Below are positions 28,145-41,290 of a stretch of DNA of 64,000 bases, piece by piece. Every line of letters starts with the position of its first letter. The stretch's first letter is position 1. The notes below the pieces were generated by a model. It was not told the DNA's origin. It did no database searches and worked only from the letters and a program-made list of their open reading frames with translations. The position numbers were made by a program, and so were the translations under genes. The stretch lies in the NCBI RefSeq assembly GCF_009914755.1, contig NC_060947.1; one strand, written 5' to 3'. The DNA is from the human T2T-CHM13v2.0 reference genome, Homo sapiens.

Positions 28145-28372
28145 CTGCCACCACGGCTTCTCAGCCTCGACCTCGGCGGGCACCTCAACTCCGTAGACCT
28201 GCAGGGCCAGGTAGAGCACCGCCACGGCGATGTGCTGGGCCTGGAAGCGGAGGCACAGCGCCCCATGGTAGCTGTCCCGCAGCAGGGCCCAGGCGGTGAC
28301 GGCAACAGGGGTCCGCTGCCAGCTGTGGCGGTTCAGCCAGTTCTGGAGGGAAACCAGGTAGTGGAGCAGGTA
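28145..28372 (-). CDS. CCNQ: Cyclin Q exon 4
   Basis: 228 nt, ctttgcag acceptor and GTGAG donor; [37 protein letters not shown]...EKPWWQ. Confidence 0.96.
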
Positions 28373-30185
28373 CTGCAAAGACACGTGTGTCAGCCTTTAG
28401 GCCCACCAGCTGCTCTCCTCATGCTGACATAATCATATCAGCACCTGCTCCAACCCTCCAGCAGCTTCCATGTCCCTCAGGAAGAAGCCCCAAGGCCTTC
28501 TGCTGGCCCCATCTCCTGCCGATCCCACCCTGCCTTCCAGCAAACCCCATCTAGGGCCTTCGCACTTGCTGAGCCCTCTGCCTGAAACCAGCTCACCGTA
28601 TGCACCTGCCCACTCTCACCCTCCAGACCCAGCTCTAGGGAAACCTACGAGGGCCACCCCCACCACAGTCCCTCTCCACCACAGGGCCCGCTCTGGCCAC
28701 CATGAAATTCCTCGGGGCCTGGTGCTCCGGAAAGCACCCTCTTCATGGGCAGAACAGAAGGTGCTGCTCCCCATGCATCTGGCCTGCTGCCAAGGGCACA
28801 TGCTGTCCTCGGCCACAACATCCAAATGACCTCCCAGCCCAGCTGCCAGCTCCTGCTCTCAGAACACTGACATTTTGCCAGAACCTCACACAATAAGACA
28901 GATGCTGCGAGCTCTCTGGACAGTCTGGAACACACATGCGTGTGACCCCAGCACACCATGCAGGAGGGATACATAGGTTACTTTCCACCCCAGCCCTGAC
29001 TGGAAGGAGGGGAAGGGGCTGGCAGGCTCCCAGCCACACCAAGCTATCAGTTCCCCATCTGGGCACAGATCACACACCCCTTGAGGTCTGAGTGCTGCTC
29101 TTTCCTAAGCCCTGTCGCCTTGACAACTCCACCCTGCAGCCACCAGGGCATCTCCCACCTTCCCCCAGGATGCTCAGCAAGCATTCTGCCCACTAAGACA
29201 CTACTGCGCAGAAATCCCAGACCAGGGCTTTCCAGGTACTGAGGTGGGAGTGTGGAAGGCTGGAGGCAAGATTATAAAGGCAACACGAAGGGCCCATGCG
29301 GGTGGAACCGTCTCTCACCTTGGCTGTGGTGGTAGGTCCGTGAACGGAGTCGTGATAAAATGGAACAGAAAAATATACACACAGGAATACAAGTGGAAGT
29401 GAGGATGCCAGTGGACTGTGTTGGTTTTGGCATCCTGGCTGTGTTACCCCTGGGGGAGACTGGGCTAAGGGTACATGTCACAACTGCATGGGAATCTACA
29501 ATGATCTCAGGAAGAGTTCCGATGAAAAAGAATGAAACTCCTAGCCCAGAGCCCCAAACCACAACTCCTCCATCTCTGTCTCCGGCCAGCCTTCTGAGCT
29601 GCCCGTGCATGGAGCTGCGGTGCCCAGAGCATCGTGTGCCAGTCGCCTAAGCGTTCCACTTTTCCCTTTTACTGCTGTTTGAAATGGTTCTTCTGTTGAG
29701 ACTCACACATTCCTAGAAGTTAAAGCATGCTGCTTGACTCAAGCGATTTGGCTTTCCCCATGGCTTCCTAAGCACAGCTGAGCTGGAGGCGTGCTCCGAG
29801 GCATCACAGCATCCCCTGGGGATGGGGACTCTGGCCGGTCACAAAACCAGCCTGCTTCCCCGAGGCCCAGCGTGCACACCATCTATATGGACCACAGGAG
29901 CTGCCACAGCTTCAGCGGGCAGCACGGACCCCGCCCACAGGTGAGCAGGCAGAAAGGCAGAAGCTGAAATGAGAATTGGCTGAGAAAACCCACAGGGGTG
30001 GGACGGGAGAGGCCGGGCGGCCAACCCAGCCACAAACACAGAGCCAGGAGACCCAGTTCCCAGCCGCAGCCCTGCTCTCCTTCTGTGCTGTGCTCTCGAG
30101 TATGAGATGGGATGCACTTTTGGGATAAAGAACAGAGACCATGGCTTGAGCCTCTCCAAACAGGCACCAGTTCCCCAGTATGTAC

Positions 30186-30318
30186 CTTGTGTGGATGCTG
30201 GAAGGAGACCTGGAAGCGCAGAACTCTCAGCATGAGAAGCTCACACTGCACGATGCTGTCCCGGAGTTCCCAGAAGCGGGAGTCCAATTCCAGGGGCTCA
30301 CCGCTTGGGTTAAAGTAC
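30186..30318 (-). CDS. CCNQ: Cyclin Q exon 3
   Basis: 133 nt, phases match exons 2 and 4; [44 protein letters not shown]. Confidence 0.96.
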
Positions 30319-30744
30319 CTGCGCAGAGAAATGGCAATGCTTCAGCAGCCAGGGCAGTCTCCTGAGCACTGGATGGCTCAAATTGCTTAAGTCACACAAT
30401 GTCCAGATGCAAACTACATCGTCCATCTGCAGATTCATGGAGGGTCATTTTATTTGGGTTTTTATACAAAAATTCTTCATCTCCACATCTAGTGTAGAGA
30501 ATGAAAACAGTAACCAACAGAGGAAAGAAGCCAGCTCCTAGTTTTAGCCAGATGGGCTGTCCGCTATCATTCAGCAAAATGTCAAGTGCAAAGACTGGCT
30601 GTTGGCGATGGCTCCAGAGGAACCGGAAGCTTGAGCATGCCAAGTCGGTTGTGCTTCCTGTTATACTCAGCCCGGCATTAGGGAGTCTTCATCACCTGAG
30701 GTGGCAATGCCCGGGGCTCTCACTCTGGGCCCAAGGAACGTATT

Positions 30745-31072
<328 letters not shown>

Positions 31073-31642
31073 TAAGCCTCTCATGGGAATGATATACTCC
31101 AAAAAGTGAACATTTCTCAGTTTTGTATTTCCCAGACCGTCTTTCCCTCGCCTTGGCGAAGACCCTGCATTCTGCCCCAGCAGGAACACACCTGCTTGGG
31201 CCGGCTGTGCCATGCCCACGCCACACCCACAGCAGGGCGAGGCTCCTAAGCAACTGGGACCTACCACCTGGCTGGGTCTGCACCCTCCCGCTGCAGGCAA
31301 GCTCTTCTGCCTGCAGCCATCCCTGTCTAAGACTTCCACAGAATCTTCTTTGACATGCCTCTCCAAGCTCCCTCTGCTGAAGCCCCGCCTCTGCCCTCCA
31401 TCCAGCTTTCGAGGCTCCCCATAATCTGGCCCAGCGTTTCTCTCACAGACCCCACTGGCCTCTGACATCAGGCTCCTTCTCACGTTTGCTGCTACTGTTT
31501 CTGGCCCTGCCTGGTTCAAGGCCATCCAGGTACTTCCTTCCAAGCTCCATTGCTGGCACCTGGTGGGCAGGGCCCCATAGGAGCCTTCCCTGCCCGTCCC
31601 CCCCACCGGGTGGAGATCAGGAGCCCAGCCAAATGCCATTAC

Positions 31643-31826
31643 CTGTTGGACACATTGATGATGTCACGAGTCCGCAGGTGCTGCTCTTCCACTTTGCCGG
31701 CCAAGTAAATTGAAGACATGGCAATCAGGTAAGGGTCATAGGCGTCCAGGTTGGTCTCGCAAAAGAACTTATGGTAAATGGTGCAAGCAGTGGCAATGGG
31801 AATGGACCGCATCCCTAGCTTGACAC
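31643..31826 (-). CDS. CCNQ: Cyclin Q exon 2 (cyclin box)
   Basis: AG/GT bounded, 184 nt; [62 protein letters not shown] with the LAGKVEE cyclin motif. Confidence 0.97.
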
Positions 31827-32486
31827 CTGCGGAGAGAAAGCAGGCAAGAGAGGACTTCAATCCAGCGCTGGCTCACTGCTCCAGTGAGGGGAGCCATTGG
31901 AATGGGCCCTAGCAGGTACAACCCTACTTGGACAAGGCTAAGAACTTCCAGCAGAGCCAGTGGCTCCTGCTGGGTCTCTTACTGGGCTCTCAGACTCTAG
32001 TGGGTGACCCAAGCCCCTGGGGATGGTGTTCAAATGCAGACTTCCCCTTTTGTAGGTCTGCGGCTCTGAGATTCTCCACTTCTGACAAGCCCCAGGTCAT
32101 GCCCATGTCAGGGGTCTATAGACCACGCTCTGGGAAACAAGGGTTCCGAGGACCGCTCAGTTAGCAACTGGCATAGCAGCTTCTGCAAAACCCTGGAAAA
32201 GGACTATATGCTGTTGTGTGTCTGGGTTCACCTTAGCAAACAGCTAGCTAGAAGTCGCCCACCCCACAGCTACGACGACAGAAAAGAAACGGCCTCGTGG
32301 GTGCCACAAGTCCTGAAGTCACAGTGAAAGATTACACTGAGCACTGGTTTCGTAGTCCACAGGTTAGAAGAGGTGAGCAAAGCAAGCAGCGTGACTGCCA
32401 AGAGTAACCACTTGCATTGCAGAGAAAAGGCAATGTTTATGGCCACAGCCAGGCACCAGGGAAGGACACCAGCACATTGAAAAGTG

Positions 32487-32625
32487 GGCTGGGCATGCTG
32501 GTTTACGCCTGTAATCCCAGCACTTTGGGAGGCTGAGGCAGAAGGATTGCTTGAGCCCAGGAATTCGAGACCAGCCTAGGCAACAGAGTGAGACCCTGTC
32601 TCTACAAAAAAGAGAAAGAAAAAAA
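32487..32625 (+). mobile_element. Alu monomer (FLAM-like)
   Basis: ggctgggcatg...gcctgtaatcccagcactttgggagg...gagaccctgtctctacaaaaa. Confidence 0.88.
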
Positions 32626-32880
32626 TTTTTAAGGTGAACAAAACTCAAAACACCAGAGCAGGATTCAGTGGATTCTACTTAGGGGTTAAAGCCCATCCCC
32701 AGCCCATCCCTGAATGGCTCCTAAGAAAATCACTGCCCTGGTGCACAGAACCAAAACAAATTCACAACCACCAGGGTTCACAAGACAAGGTTAAATGACA
32801 TCCACTAGGCCAAAACAGGAAGGCGAAGAACAACCGACAATCAACCATGAAATGACAGTCAGCATCCTCTGCCTAAGAAG

Positions 32881-33348
32881 GTAGATCAGTTCCCTAGGGC
32901 TACTGCAACAAATCACCACAAATTCAGCCACTTAAACAACACACATTTATACTCCTCCGATCCTGGAAGTCAGAAGTCCAAAACTAGCCTAGAAAGCTAA
33001 GATCAACGTCTAAGCAGGGCTGGCTCCTTCTGGAGGCTCCATGGGAGAATGTTTCCTTGCCTTTTCCAGCTTCTAGAGGAGGGCTGCATTCCTTGGTTGC
33101 TGGCCCCTTCCTCCATCTTCAAAGCTTCTAACTCTGCTTCTGTCCTCACGTGGCCTTCTCTGACGGTGACTCCTCCTGCCTTTGCCTTATAAGGATGGGT
33201 GTGGTTACACCCAGATAATCTAGGATGATCTCCCATCTTAAGGTCTCTAATCACATCTTCAAAATCTCTTTTGCTATATAAGATGACATTCACAGGTTCC
33301 AGGGATTAGGATAGGGACATCTTTGGGAAATCAATATTTAGCCTCCTA
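32881..33348 (-). mobile_element. MaLR MLT1-type solo LTR
   Basis: agttccctagggctactgcaacaaatcaccacaaa...cacaggttccagggattaggatagggacatctttggg. Confidence 0.8.
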
Positions 33349-33772
33349 CAAAGGACAAAGGATTGTGTAATACATTTTATAAAGAAGTCCCTCAGAAGGT
33401 CTAAACTTGTTATATAAAGACAATTCCTACCTGGGACCCCTCATTCCAGGAGATGCCAGATAAGGTGCTGTTACTGACATGACCTTCCAAGCTTTGTTTT
33501 ACAGAGCAAACCCCAATTTACACGGACCCTCCGAGCAGACGGTAGCAGATGAGGTGTCACTGCCATCCTTCCCTAATAATAACTTTGCAACTCTTCTTGC
33601 AAATTACAGTAAATTTACATATCACTGGGATGAACAGTCCTGCAGCAGTCCTCAGACTCTCCGCCCACCTTGGGTAGAAAGCACATCTGCCCAACCCTTC
33701 TCCCCCAAGCAGTAAAGGTAGGAAATAACTACCCGCCAACTAACAGTATCTCCTATCAAGATACTGTTGATG

Positions 33773-34099
<327 letters not shown>

Positions 34100-34600
34100 C
34101 TACAGAGATCTTAGCTTAATCACCTCGCCTGGGAAGCGCGGAGCCCAACACTACTGTGGATGTCCTGGCAGGGTTCGGAACAGGAGCTGCAAGCAGCCTA
34201 GGTCCCCGGAGTGACAGGAACCCTCGGACAGCGTTCTCCAAAAGGCTCCGCGCGACTAAGCGCCATAAAGTCTACCGGAGTGCAGGGCCGCGGGTGCCGG
34301 CAGAAGGCGTGGCGCACTGCGCAGAGCTGCGGGCGCCCGGGCCGGTCTCCGCCTCGCTGGAGGCCCAACCCGGCCACGTCCTCTCCTAGGGCCTGCACAC
34401 CGGTCCACGCCATGGGGATACCTCGCGGCTCACTGCTCAGCACACCGGGCGCGGCGCAAAGGCGGAGGTCCTCAGCCCCGAGCAGGGCTTCCCGGCCTCT
34501 GCTACGGTGAGCACTCCAGAAGGCCGGCCTGGCCAGCCGGGCCCGCTCCGCGAAGCGGGCCGCGGCGCCGCCTGTCCTGGCCTCCCCCGGCCGCGGTTAC

Positions 34601-34712
34601 CTGCCTCCATGATGAACCTCGCCACTCGGAAGTGCACCCTGGCTTCGGGCGCCGGCTGCCCCTCCGGGCCCCGCGCTGCAGGCCCCCCTCCGCCGCCCTC
34701 CGGGGCTTCCAT
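34601..34712 (-). CDS. CCNQ: Cyclin Q (cyclin M) exon 1
   Basis: ATG at 34712; MEAPEGGGGGPAARGPEGQPAPEARVHFRVARFIMEA plus 1 nt; donor G|GTAAC at 34600; lies in a CpG island. Confidence 0.96.
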
Positions 34713-34814
34713 GAGGCGCCGCGGCACCGGCGGAAGGAGAGGCGGCCCCGGCGCGCAGAAGCCGGCAGAACTGGAGGTGCTCGCGGCGGGCGCTGCCGCC
34801 CCACCCGGCCGCGT

Positions 34815-34928
34815 CCGGCCCCGCCCCGCCCCGCCCCGCCCCTCGCCGCCCCGCCCCGCCCCTCGCCGCCCCTCGCCGCCCCGCCCCGCCCCTCGCCGCC
34901 CCGCCGCTCCTCCGCCCCGCCCCGCCCC
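34815..34928. repeat. GC-rich tandem repeat of CCCCG / CCCCTCGCCG units
   Basis: Directly visible run ccgccccgccccgccccgcccctcgccgcc... Confidence 0.9.
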
Positions 34929-35892
34929 TCAGGGCCCTCGCCCAAGGGTGAGCGCGCGCTTGCGCCACAGACGCTGCCTGGCCGCGCGCGCAGGCGCAGG
35001 CGCAGGCGCAGAGGCCGACACCACCGGGCGGCTGGTATGTGTCCACCGGCCCCTAGGCGCCTCGAGCCCCGCCCCTGGGAGACGCAGGCTCCTCCCCGCG
35101 GAGCGAGAGCCCGCGGAGCTGCTCCGAAACCCGCGGGAGGGCACCTCCGGTCACCCGAGCCGCAAATCCCCGCCGTCCGAAGAAGGTGTCGCCCCGGGCT
35201 GGCGGCCCAGCGTGGCTTAGGCCAGGTACAACCGGCAGCGCCCGCCAAGCCCTGGGCTAGGGACGCCTGCGGGAGTTCACGGGGAGGCGCCGGTGTCTGA
35301 GGTCTGAGAAGACAGCGGCCACCGGAAAAGGTGCTAATGTTTGCAGACCCCGATCCATCGACACCCCAAGGAAATGCTGTGCACAAAATTCCAAGAGGGC
35401 CTTTTCGAATAGACGCATGAACGGTGTTTGTGTCTGGATCGTCCAGCCTCCCGGGATCGATTGGGAATCTAGCTTCTGCTTGCCTTTCCAGCGCGACGCA
35501 CAGTAGGAGCCTAATAAATGTTTGTTGAATGAATGCTGAATATCGAACTCAGGTATTTACCATCTCATTTTTCATTCGCGTCTTCCACAAGCAGGAAATG
35601 GTGCATCAGGCTTTAGGGACATAGAACCCCAAAGGTACTCACTCCCAAGCTAGTGACAGTCACTGGAGTCATTCTGATACATTCAGATCATTGCTACAAT
35701 TTCAGACAGCTGGCAATATGGAGAGGAAAAAGCTACTGCTCCCTAAACCCTTCTGCCCAGGCGCCTTGATCTCCTGATGGTGTGGAAGTCTCCACCTCTT
35801 ACCCCCACCCCACACACCCAGTCCGGCCTCATTCTCCTTCCTCAGCACTTCCTGCCTCCACCAGGCTCCCCAAGTCCTCTCTCCATCCCAGC

Positions 35893-36335
35893 TGGGTTAG
35901 TTTCCTGGGGCTGCTGTAACAAATGACCACAAATTGGGTTGCTAAAAACAGCAGAAGTATATCCTCTCTCAATTCTGGAGGCCAGACACCTGAAATGGAG
36001 GTGACACTAGGGCTTTGCTCCCTCAAAGGCTCTGGCAGAGGATCAGTTCTTCCTTGCTCTTCCAGCTTCTGCAGCCTGAGTTCTTCCTGGGCTTGTGGCC
36101 CCATCACTCCAATCTGTGCCTCCGTCTCTACATGGCCTTCTCCCTGTCTTCTCTTCTGTCTCTTATAAGCACACCTGTCACTGGATTAGGGCCTACCTAG
36201 ATAATCCAGGAGGAGCTCATCTTGACATCCTTATTTTCATTACATCTTGCAAAGGCCCTTCTGCTAAATAAGGTCACAGTAACAGGGATTAGGACACGGA
36301 CACACCTTTTGGGGGCTGGCATTCACCCCACAATA
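35893..36335 (-). mobile_element. MaLR MLT1-type solo LTR
   Basis: ttagtttcctggggctgctgtaacaaatgaccacaaa...aaataaggtcaca. Confidence 0.8.
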
Positions 36336-37816
36336 CCAGCCGCCAGAGCGAGCTTTCTAAAAGGCGAGGCTGAACAGGTCCTGCCCTGCCTAACACCCTC
36401 CGGAGTCCCTTCACCTTCAGGAGAAAATGTGAGGCCTTGACCTCACATGCTGGTCCTTGTGGAGTCACCCTATCAACTGACCAGCCTCGGATCTCACCAC
36501 TTTGCCTCATGGCAGAGACCTTCGGCAGGTCCCCCAAAGGTTATGGTCTCCTGGCTGAACGTCTCTGCACGTATTCTGCCTGGTGAAGGAATTACCACTC
36601 CACTTCCATCACCCAGCTTGCTCTTGTCTGTATGTGCGCGGGTGTGCACGTGTGTGTGCATATGTGTGCGTGTGTGGACTGACTCAGGGTCCCCAGCTCC
36701 CTGTGCTGCTGACACCTGCCACGCCTTGAGCACCGTGTCTGTCTGCAAGCTGTGAGCAGCCCCACCCTCTTCCCCAGCCCAAGGCTGAAACCTAGGCAAT
36801 GCCCAGAGGGCCCACCTCCCCTCAGCCCCGTTGGTGGAGGCCAGGTCCTGTGTTCCCCCAGACAGTGCCCTGGGCTGGACCAGCCACAGCTAGATCTGGA
36901 AGGCTCAAGCCCATGTTCCCTAAAGCAGCTATGGGCCTTGGGGGATCAGGCTGCTGCCTCTCAGCTTCCCCCACCACCACATCTGTGCACACTAACACAC
37001 ACCCCCATGCACACGCACACACATGCATCACACATCCCCCCCCACATACACACATGCACACGTGCACATATGTGAACACCCCAATTCAAACAGTGCTTCC
37101 CTCTGGCCCCTGGTGGCCCGCCCATCCTCTAGGCACAACTCCTCCTTCTCCTCTGGGCCTTATGTGCTGAAAAGAGTCCGGGCTCAGCAAGTAAAAGGTG
37201 CCTGGGAATGTGAGCCGAGAGAATGACTCAATGAACACATGAATTTTAAAGCCCTGGGTCACCTCGGCGCAGTGGTTGATGAATGAATAATTCACTAGCC
37301 ACCAACTGGAGCCAGCAAACCTTTAGGCAGCACCTCCTCTCCCACTGGCAAGCCTGTCCCCAGTGTCCCAAAGGTGGCATCCCCCGTCTCATCACCCCGG
37401 CTCAGATGGTGAGTTCCTTGAGGGCTGAAGCCTGGTTCTCAACCCCAGGCTCGACCCTGAGGTTGACAGTCACCATCAGAAGCGCGATTCTGTAATATTT
37501 GCCAACGCTTCCTTAGCTAATCCTCACCATGTGCCCATACATTGATTAAATCACAGCCTACCCCTCACAATAGCACTATTATGGAAAAGAGTGAGTGACT
37601 CATTTCAAGGAATAGGACTCGGGCTGAAGCTCAAAGGATGAGGCAGAGAAAGAGGGAAGAGGCATTTGGGGTCCAGAAGAGAGGCTGTGCACGGGCAGGG
37701 TCACTTGAAAGCCTGTGTGGTCTTCAAAAAGCATGGGCAATTTCCAAAGCACCCACCCTGCTCTGGTCTTCATCCTGGCAGCCTCATCAAAGTCCAGGCC
37801 TGCCACTTGTCCTTAG

Positions 37817-38290
<474 letters not shown>

Positions 38291-38349
38291 TCAGATTGTA
38301 ACTTTTTGGTGAATCTTCTGCCTGGTATTATTTTCTTTTTCAGCGATTT

Positions 38350-38690
38350 GAGTAACCAGGAGCTCAGTAGAGTAATTGAGCAAGCTCTGAGCATGCACGG
38401 GATCTTGGGTGTGACCAAGTTGGACCTAAGGAGAAGTGGTGCCAGTTGGGCATGAGGGCCGGAAAATCCACCCCAGCAATAGATGTGTGGGAGACTGAAA
38501 CCAGATGAGTGGGTGCCAGGGCCAGGGAGGGAGCACAGGGAGTGACTGCTGATGGAGACAGGGGTGACAAGGATGTTCTGGAATTAGATAGTGGCAATGG
38601 TGGCACAACTCTGTGAATGCTTTAAGTGGGTGAATTTTATGGTATGTGAATGATATCTGAGTAAATCCATTATTTTTTAAAACTACCACA
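38350..38690 (+). mobile_element. L1MB-type 3' end fragment
   Basis: atgttctggaattagatagtggcaatggtggcacaactctgtgaat...gggtgaattttatggtatgtgaat. Confidence 0.7.
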
Positions 38691-39719
38691 TGCAATCGGG
38701 CCACTGAGGACAAAATCTTCTTATGGGGAGAAGGGGTTTCACAAGGAAGAGCTGGGAGACTGGCCAGCAAAGAAAGTCGGAGGGCAGAGCAGCTGGAAGA
38801 AGCGGGCAATGTTACGGAGCCAGGAAGCTCTCAGAAGGGCCAAGTGAATGCAAGGAGCTGAGAAACCCAGGGCGTCAGCAGGACAGCCACAGCAAGGGTG
38901 GCCGGGCTGTCCTGGGCCTCCGATAGCCCAGGGACGACTCCTGATAGCAAGGAGGCGGTGCGGGAGGGGACCAGAGTGGGGTGTACCCTCAAAGTCCTGC
39001 AACGAGGTCAGCGAGGTCACCTCTGAAACAAGGCTCCGCTGCGATGGTTGGAGATGGGGGATCCTCATTGTGGGGGCGCACAGCAGCCAGAGTGGGAGCT
39101 GATGGAAACACCTTTGCCCGAAATCTGTCTCCTAGGCAGCCCCTGAGCCCCTCCTGTGATGAGCAGCTGGCTCCCCGTCTCGGGTGGGTGAAGGCTCCTG
39201 CAGCAGGAGGCACCTTGTGGAAGCTCCTGTCCTGCAACCCCATGGGGACTCCACTCACAGCCACTGGTCCCACTGTGACCCTCTCGCTGGAGCAAAGCAG
39301 GAAAGCCACTGGCAAATGATTTGCAGTTCCATTCTCATACGCGAGAACTCTAGAAGTTTCCACTTGCCCCAAAGAGCAACATTATGCTTTTACTATCCTT
39401 CCCGCTAAGATGCTTTAGCTCTCCGGCTCCATGCCACAGTCTGTCTCCAGGGACCTTGATCTCGCCATCCCTCGCATGTCACACAGGTCCACTCTATCCA
39501 TGACAACATGCTGACAGGATCTGGGGATCAGGAGCAAGTGGCTAAGGAAGGGAGGGAGGGTAGAGGTCAAGGTATCAGGGAGAGAAGAAGGAGGCCCGTC
39601 TATAGCATGAGTTACTCAATTGTCATGCATTAGTGGGGCCCTAAATGTGTTATTTTCCTATGGCGTATTTGTACAAAAGTATCAAAGTGAGGATGTATTT
39701 GTTTCCTTTCATAGTCCCC

Positions 39720-40098
39720 CCACCCTTTCCTGTGGCTGCCATAACAAAGTAATACAACAGAAATGCACTCTCTTGCAGCTCTGGAGGCCAGAAGCCTAAG
39801 ATCCAGGTGTCTGCAGGACCCTGTTCCCTCCTCTGCAGGCTCTGGGGGAGGCTCCTTCTTGCCTCTTCCAGTTCCCGGGGGATCTGGGTGTCCCCTGGCT
39901 TGTGGCGGCACCACTGTATTCTCTGTGAATCCACGTGGCCTTCTCCTCTGTGTTTGTGACTTCTTTCCTTCTTATAAGGACACCTGTCATTGGATTTAGG
40001 GCCCTAATCCAAGAGGATCTCATCTCGAGATCCTTAACTTAATTACATCTGCACAGATGCTTTTTCCAAATAAGGTTCCATTCACTGAGTTCAGAGGG
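39720..40098 (-). mobile_element. MaLR MLT1-type LTR, truncated
   Basis: gtggctgccataacaaag...cttataaggacacctgtcattggatttagggccc...ccaaataagg. Confidence 0.8.
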
Positions 40099-40150
40099 TT
40101 TGTTTGTTTGTTTGTTTGTTTGTTTTTGAGATGGAGTCTCGCTCTGTCAC
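40099..40150 (-). mobile_element. Alu 3'-terminal remnant with (CAAA)n tail
   Basis: gagatggagtctcgctctgtcac at 40128-40150 plus (TTTG)n. Confidence 0.75.
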
Positions 40151-41051
40151 TGCATGGTAACCCCTCTGGTGCTGTCCTCAATCTGCTGAGACCAGTACTG
40201 TCCAGCTCCTCTCTTTTCTTCCAAGCCAGCTCGTCATATTGGGCCCGGATGTCTGCCATGATTTTGGCAAGGTCCTGAGATTTGGGGCCTCTACCTCCAC
40301 GGTCAACTCAGAGCTGGCAATCTGGGCTTGTAGGCCTTTTACTTCCTCTTCGTGGTTCTTCTTCATGAAGAGCAGCTCCTCCTTGAGGGCCTCGATCTCT
40401 GTCTCCAGCTGCAGCCGAGTGACATTGGTGTCATCAATTTCCTTGCAAAGCCCATGGATGTTGTTCTCCACAGACTGGCACATGGCCAGCTCTGTCTCAT
40501 ACTTGACTCTAAAGTCATCAGCAGCAAGACAGGCACTGTCGATCTGCAGAACGGTGCGGGCATTGTCCACAGTATTTGCAGAGATCTGAGCCCTCAGGTC
40601 CTCGATGGTCTTGAAGTAATGGCTCCAGTCTCTGACCTGGGATCCCTTCTTCTCCAGATGCTCCCGGATTTTGCTCTCCAGCTTCTGGTTCTCAGTCTCC
40701 AGGCTCCTCACTCTGCCCAGGTAGGAGGCCAGGCGGTCGTTCAGGCTTTGCATGGTCTCCTTCTTGTTCTGGATGCCTCCCATTCCTGCCAGACCCCCGG
40801 CCATCCCCGTGGCCAGGCCCCAGACCCCATGCCACCCTGGAAGCTGGTGGAGCAGGACACGGAGATCCAGGAACCAGAACCCCCAGCACCTGCATAGACG
40901 CTTGCCTCACTGCTGAACAGCCAGGGGCCGTAGCTGGGCGCCTGGACAGAGCCTAGGGACTGATAGTTGGTGGAAAAGGTGGAGCCAGTGGTGAAGCTCA
41001 TGCTCTCCGGCGGGAGAGTGAGAGGACAGGACTCGGGCTTTGCCAACGACC
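40149..41051 (-). pseudogene. KRT18P48: Keratin 18 processed pseudogene, 3'-truncated
   Basis: Intronless; ATG at 41001, MSFTTGSTFSTNYQSLGSVQAPSYG...[21 protein letters not shown]...[16 protein letters not shown]...[12 protein letters not shown]; frameshifts near 40830, 40285 and 40200; homology stops in coil 2. The P48 number is recalled from this locus, not verified. Confidence 0.93.
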
Positions 41052-41238
41052 AAGATGACAATACTCTCTCAATTGATCTACAAGTTAAATGGAATCCTTA
41101 TTAAAATCCCAGCTGGCTTAAATTAAGAAAGAAAGAAAGAAAAATAAAGAAGAAAGAAAGAAAGAGAGAGAGAGAGAAAGAAAGGAAAGGAAAGAAAGAA
41201 AAGAAGGAAAGAAAGGAAAGAAAGAAAGAAAGAAAGGA

Positions 41239-41290
<52 letters not shown>

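Larger units (their letters stand above)
34130..35330. promoter_or_regulatory. CpG island, CCNQ promoter
   Basis: Very high CpG density around exon 1; tandem GC boxes (CCCCGCCCC) 34815-34928; tandem NRF1-like GCGCAGGCGC repeats about 34988-35010. Confidence 0.9.

Noticed and set aside
34502-35386. Several 150-294 aa Pro/Arg/Gly-rich ORFs
   Set aside because: Stop-poor GC-rich CpG island; only the MEAPEGG frame splices into the cyclin.
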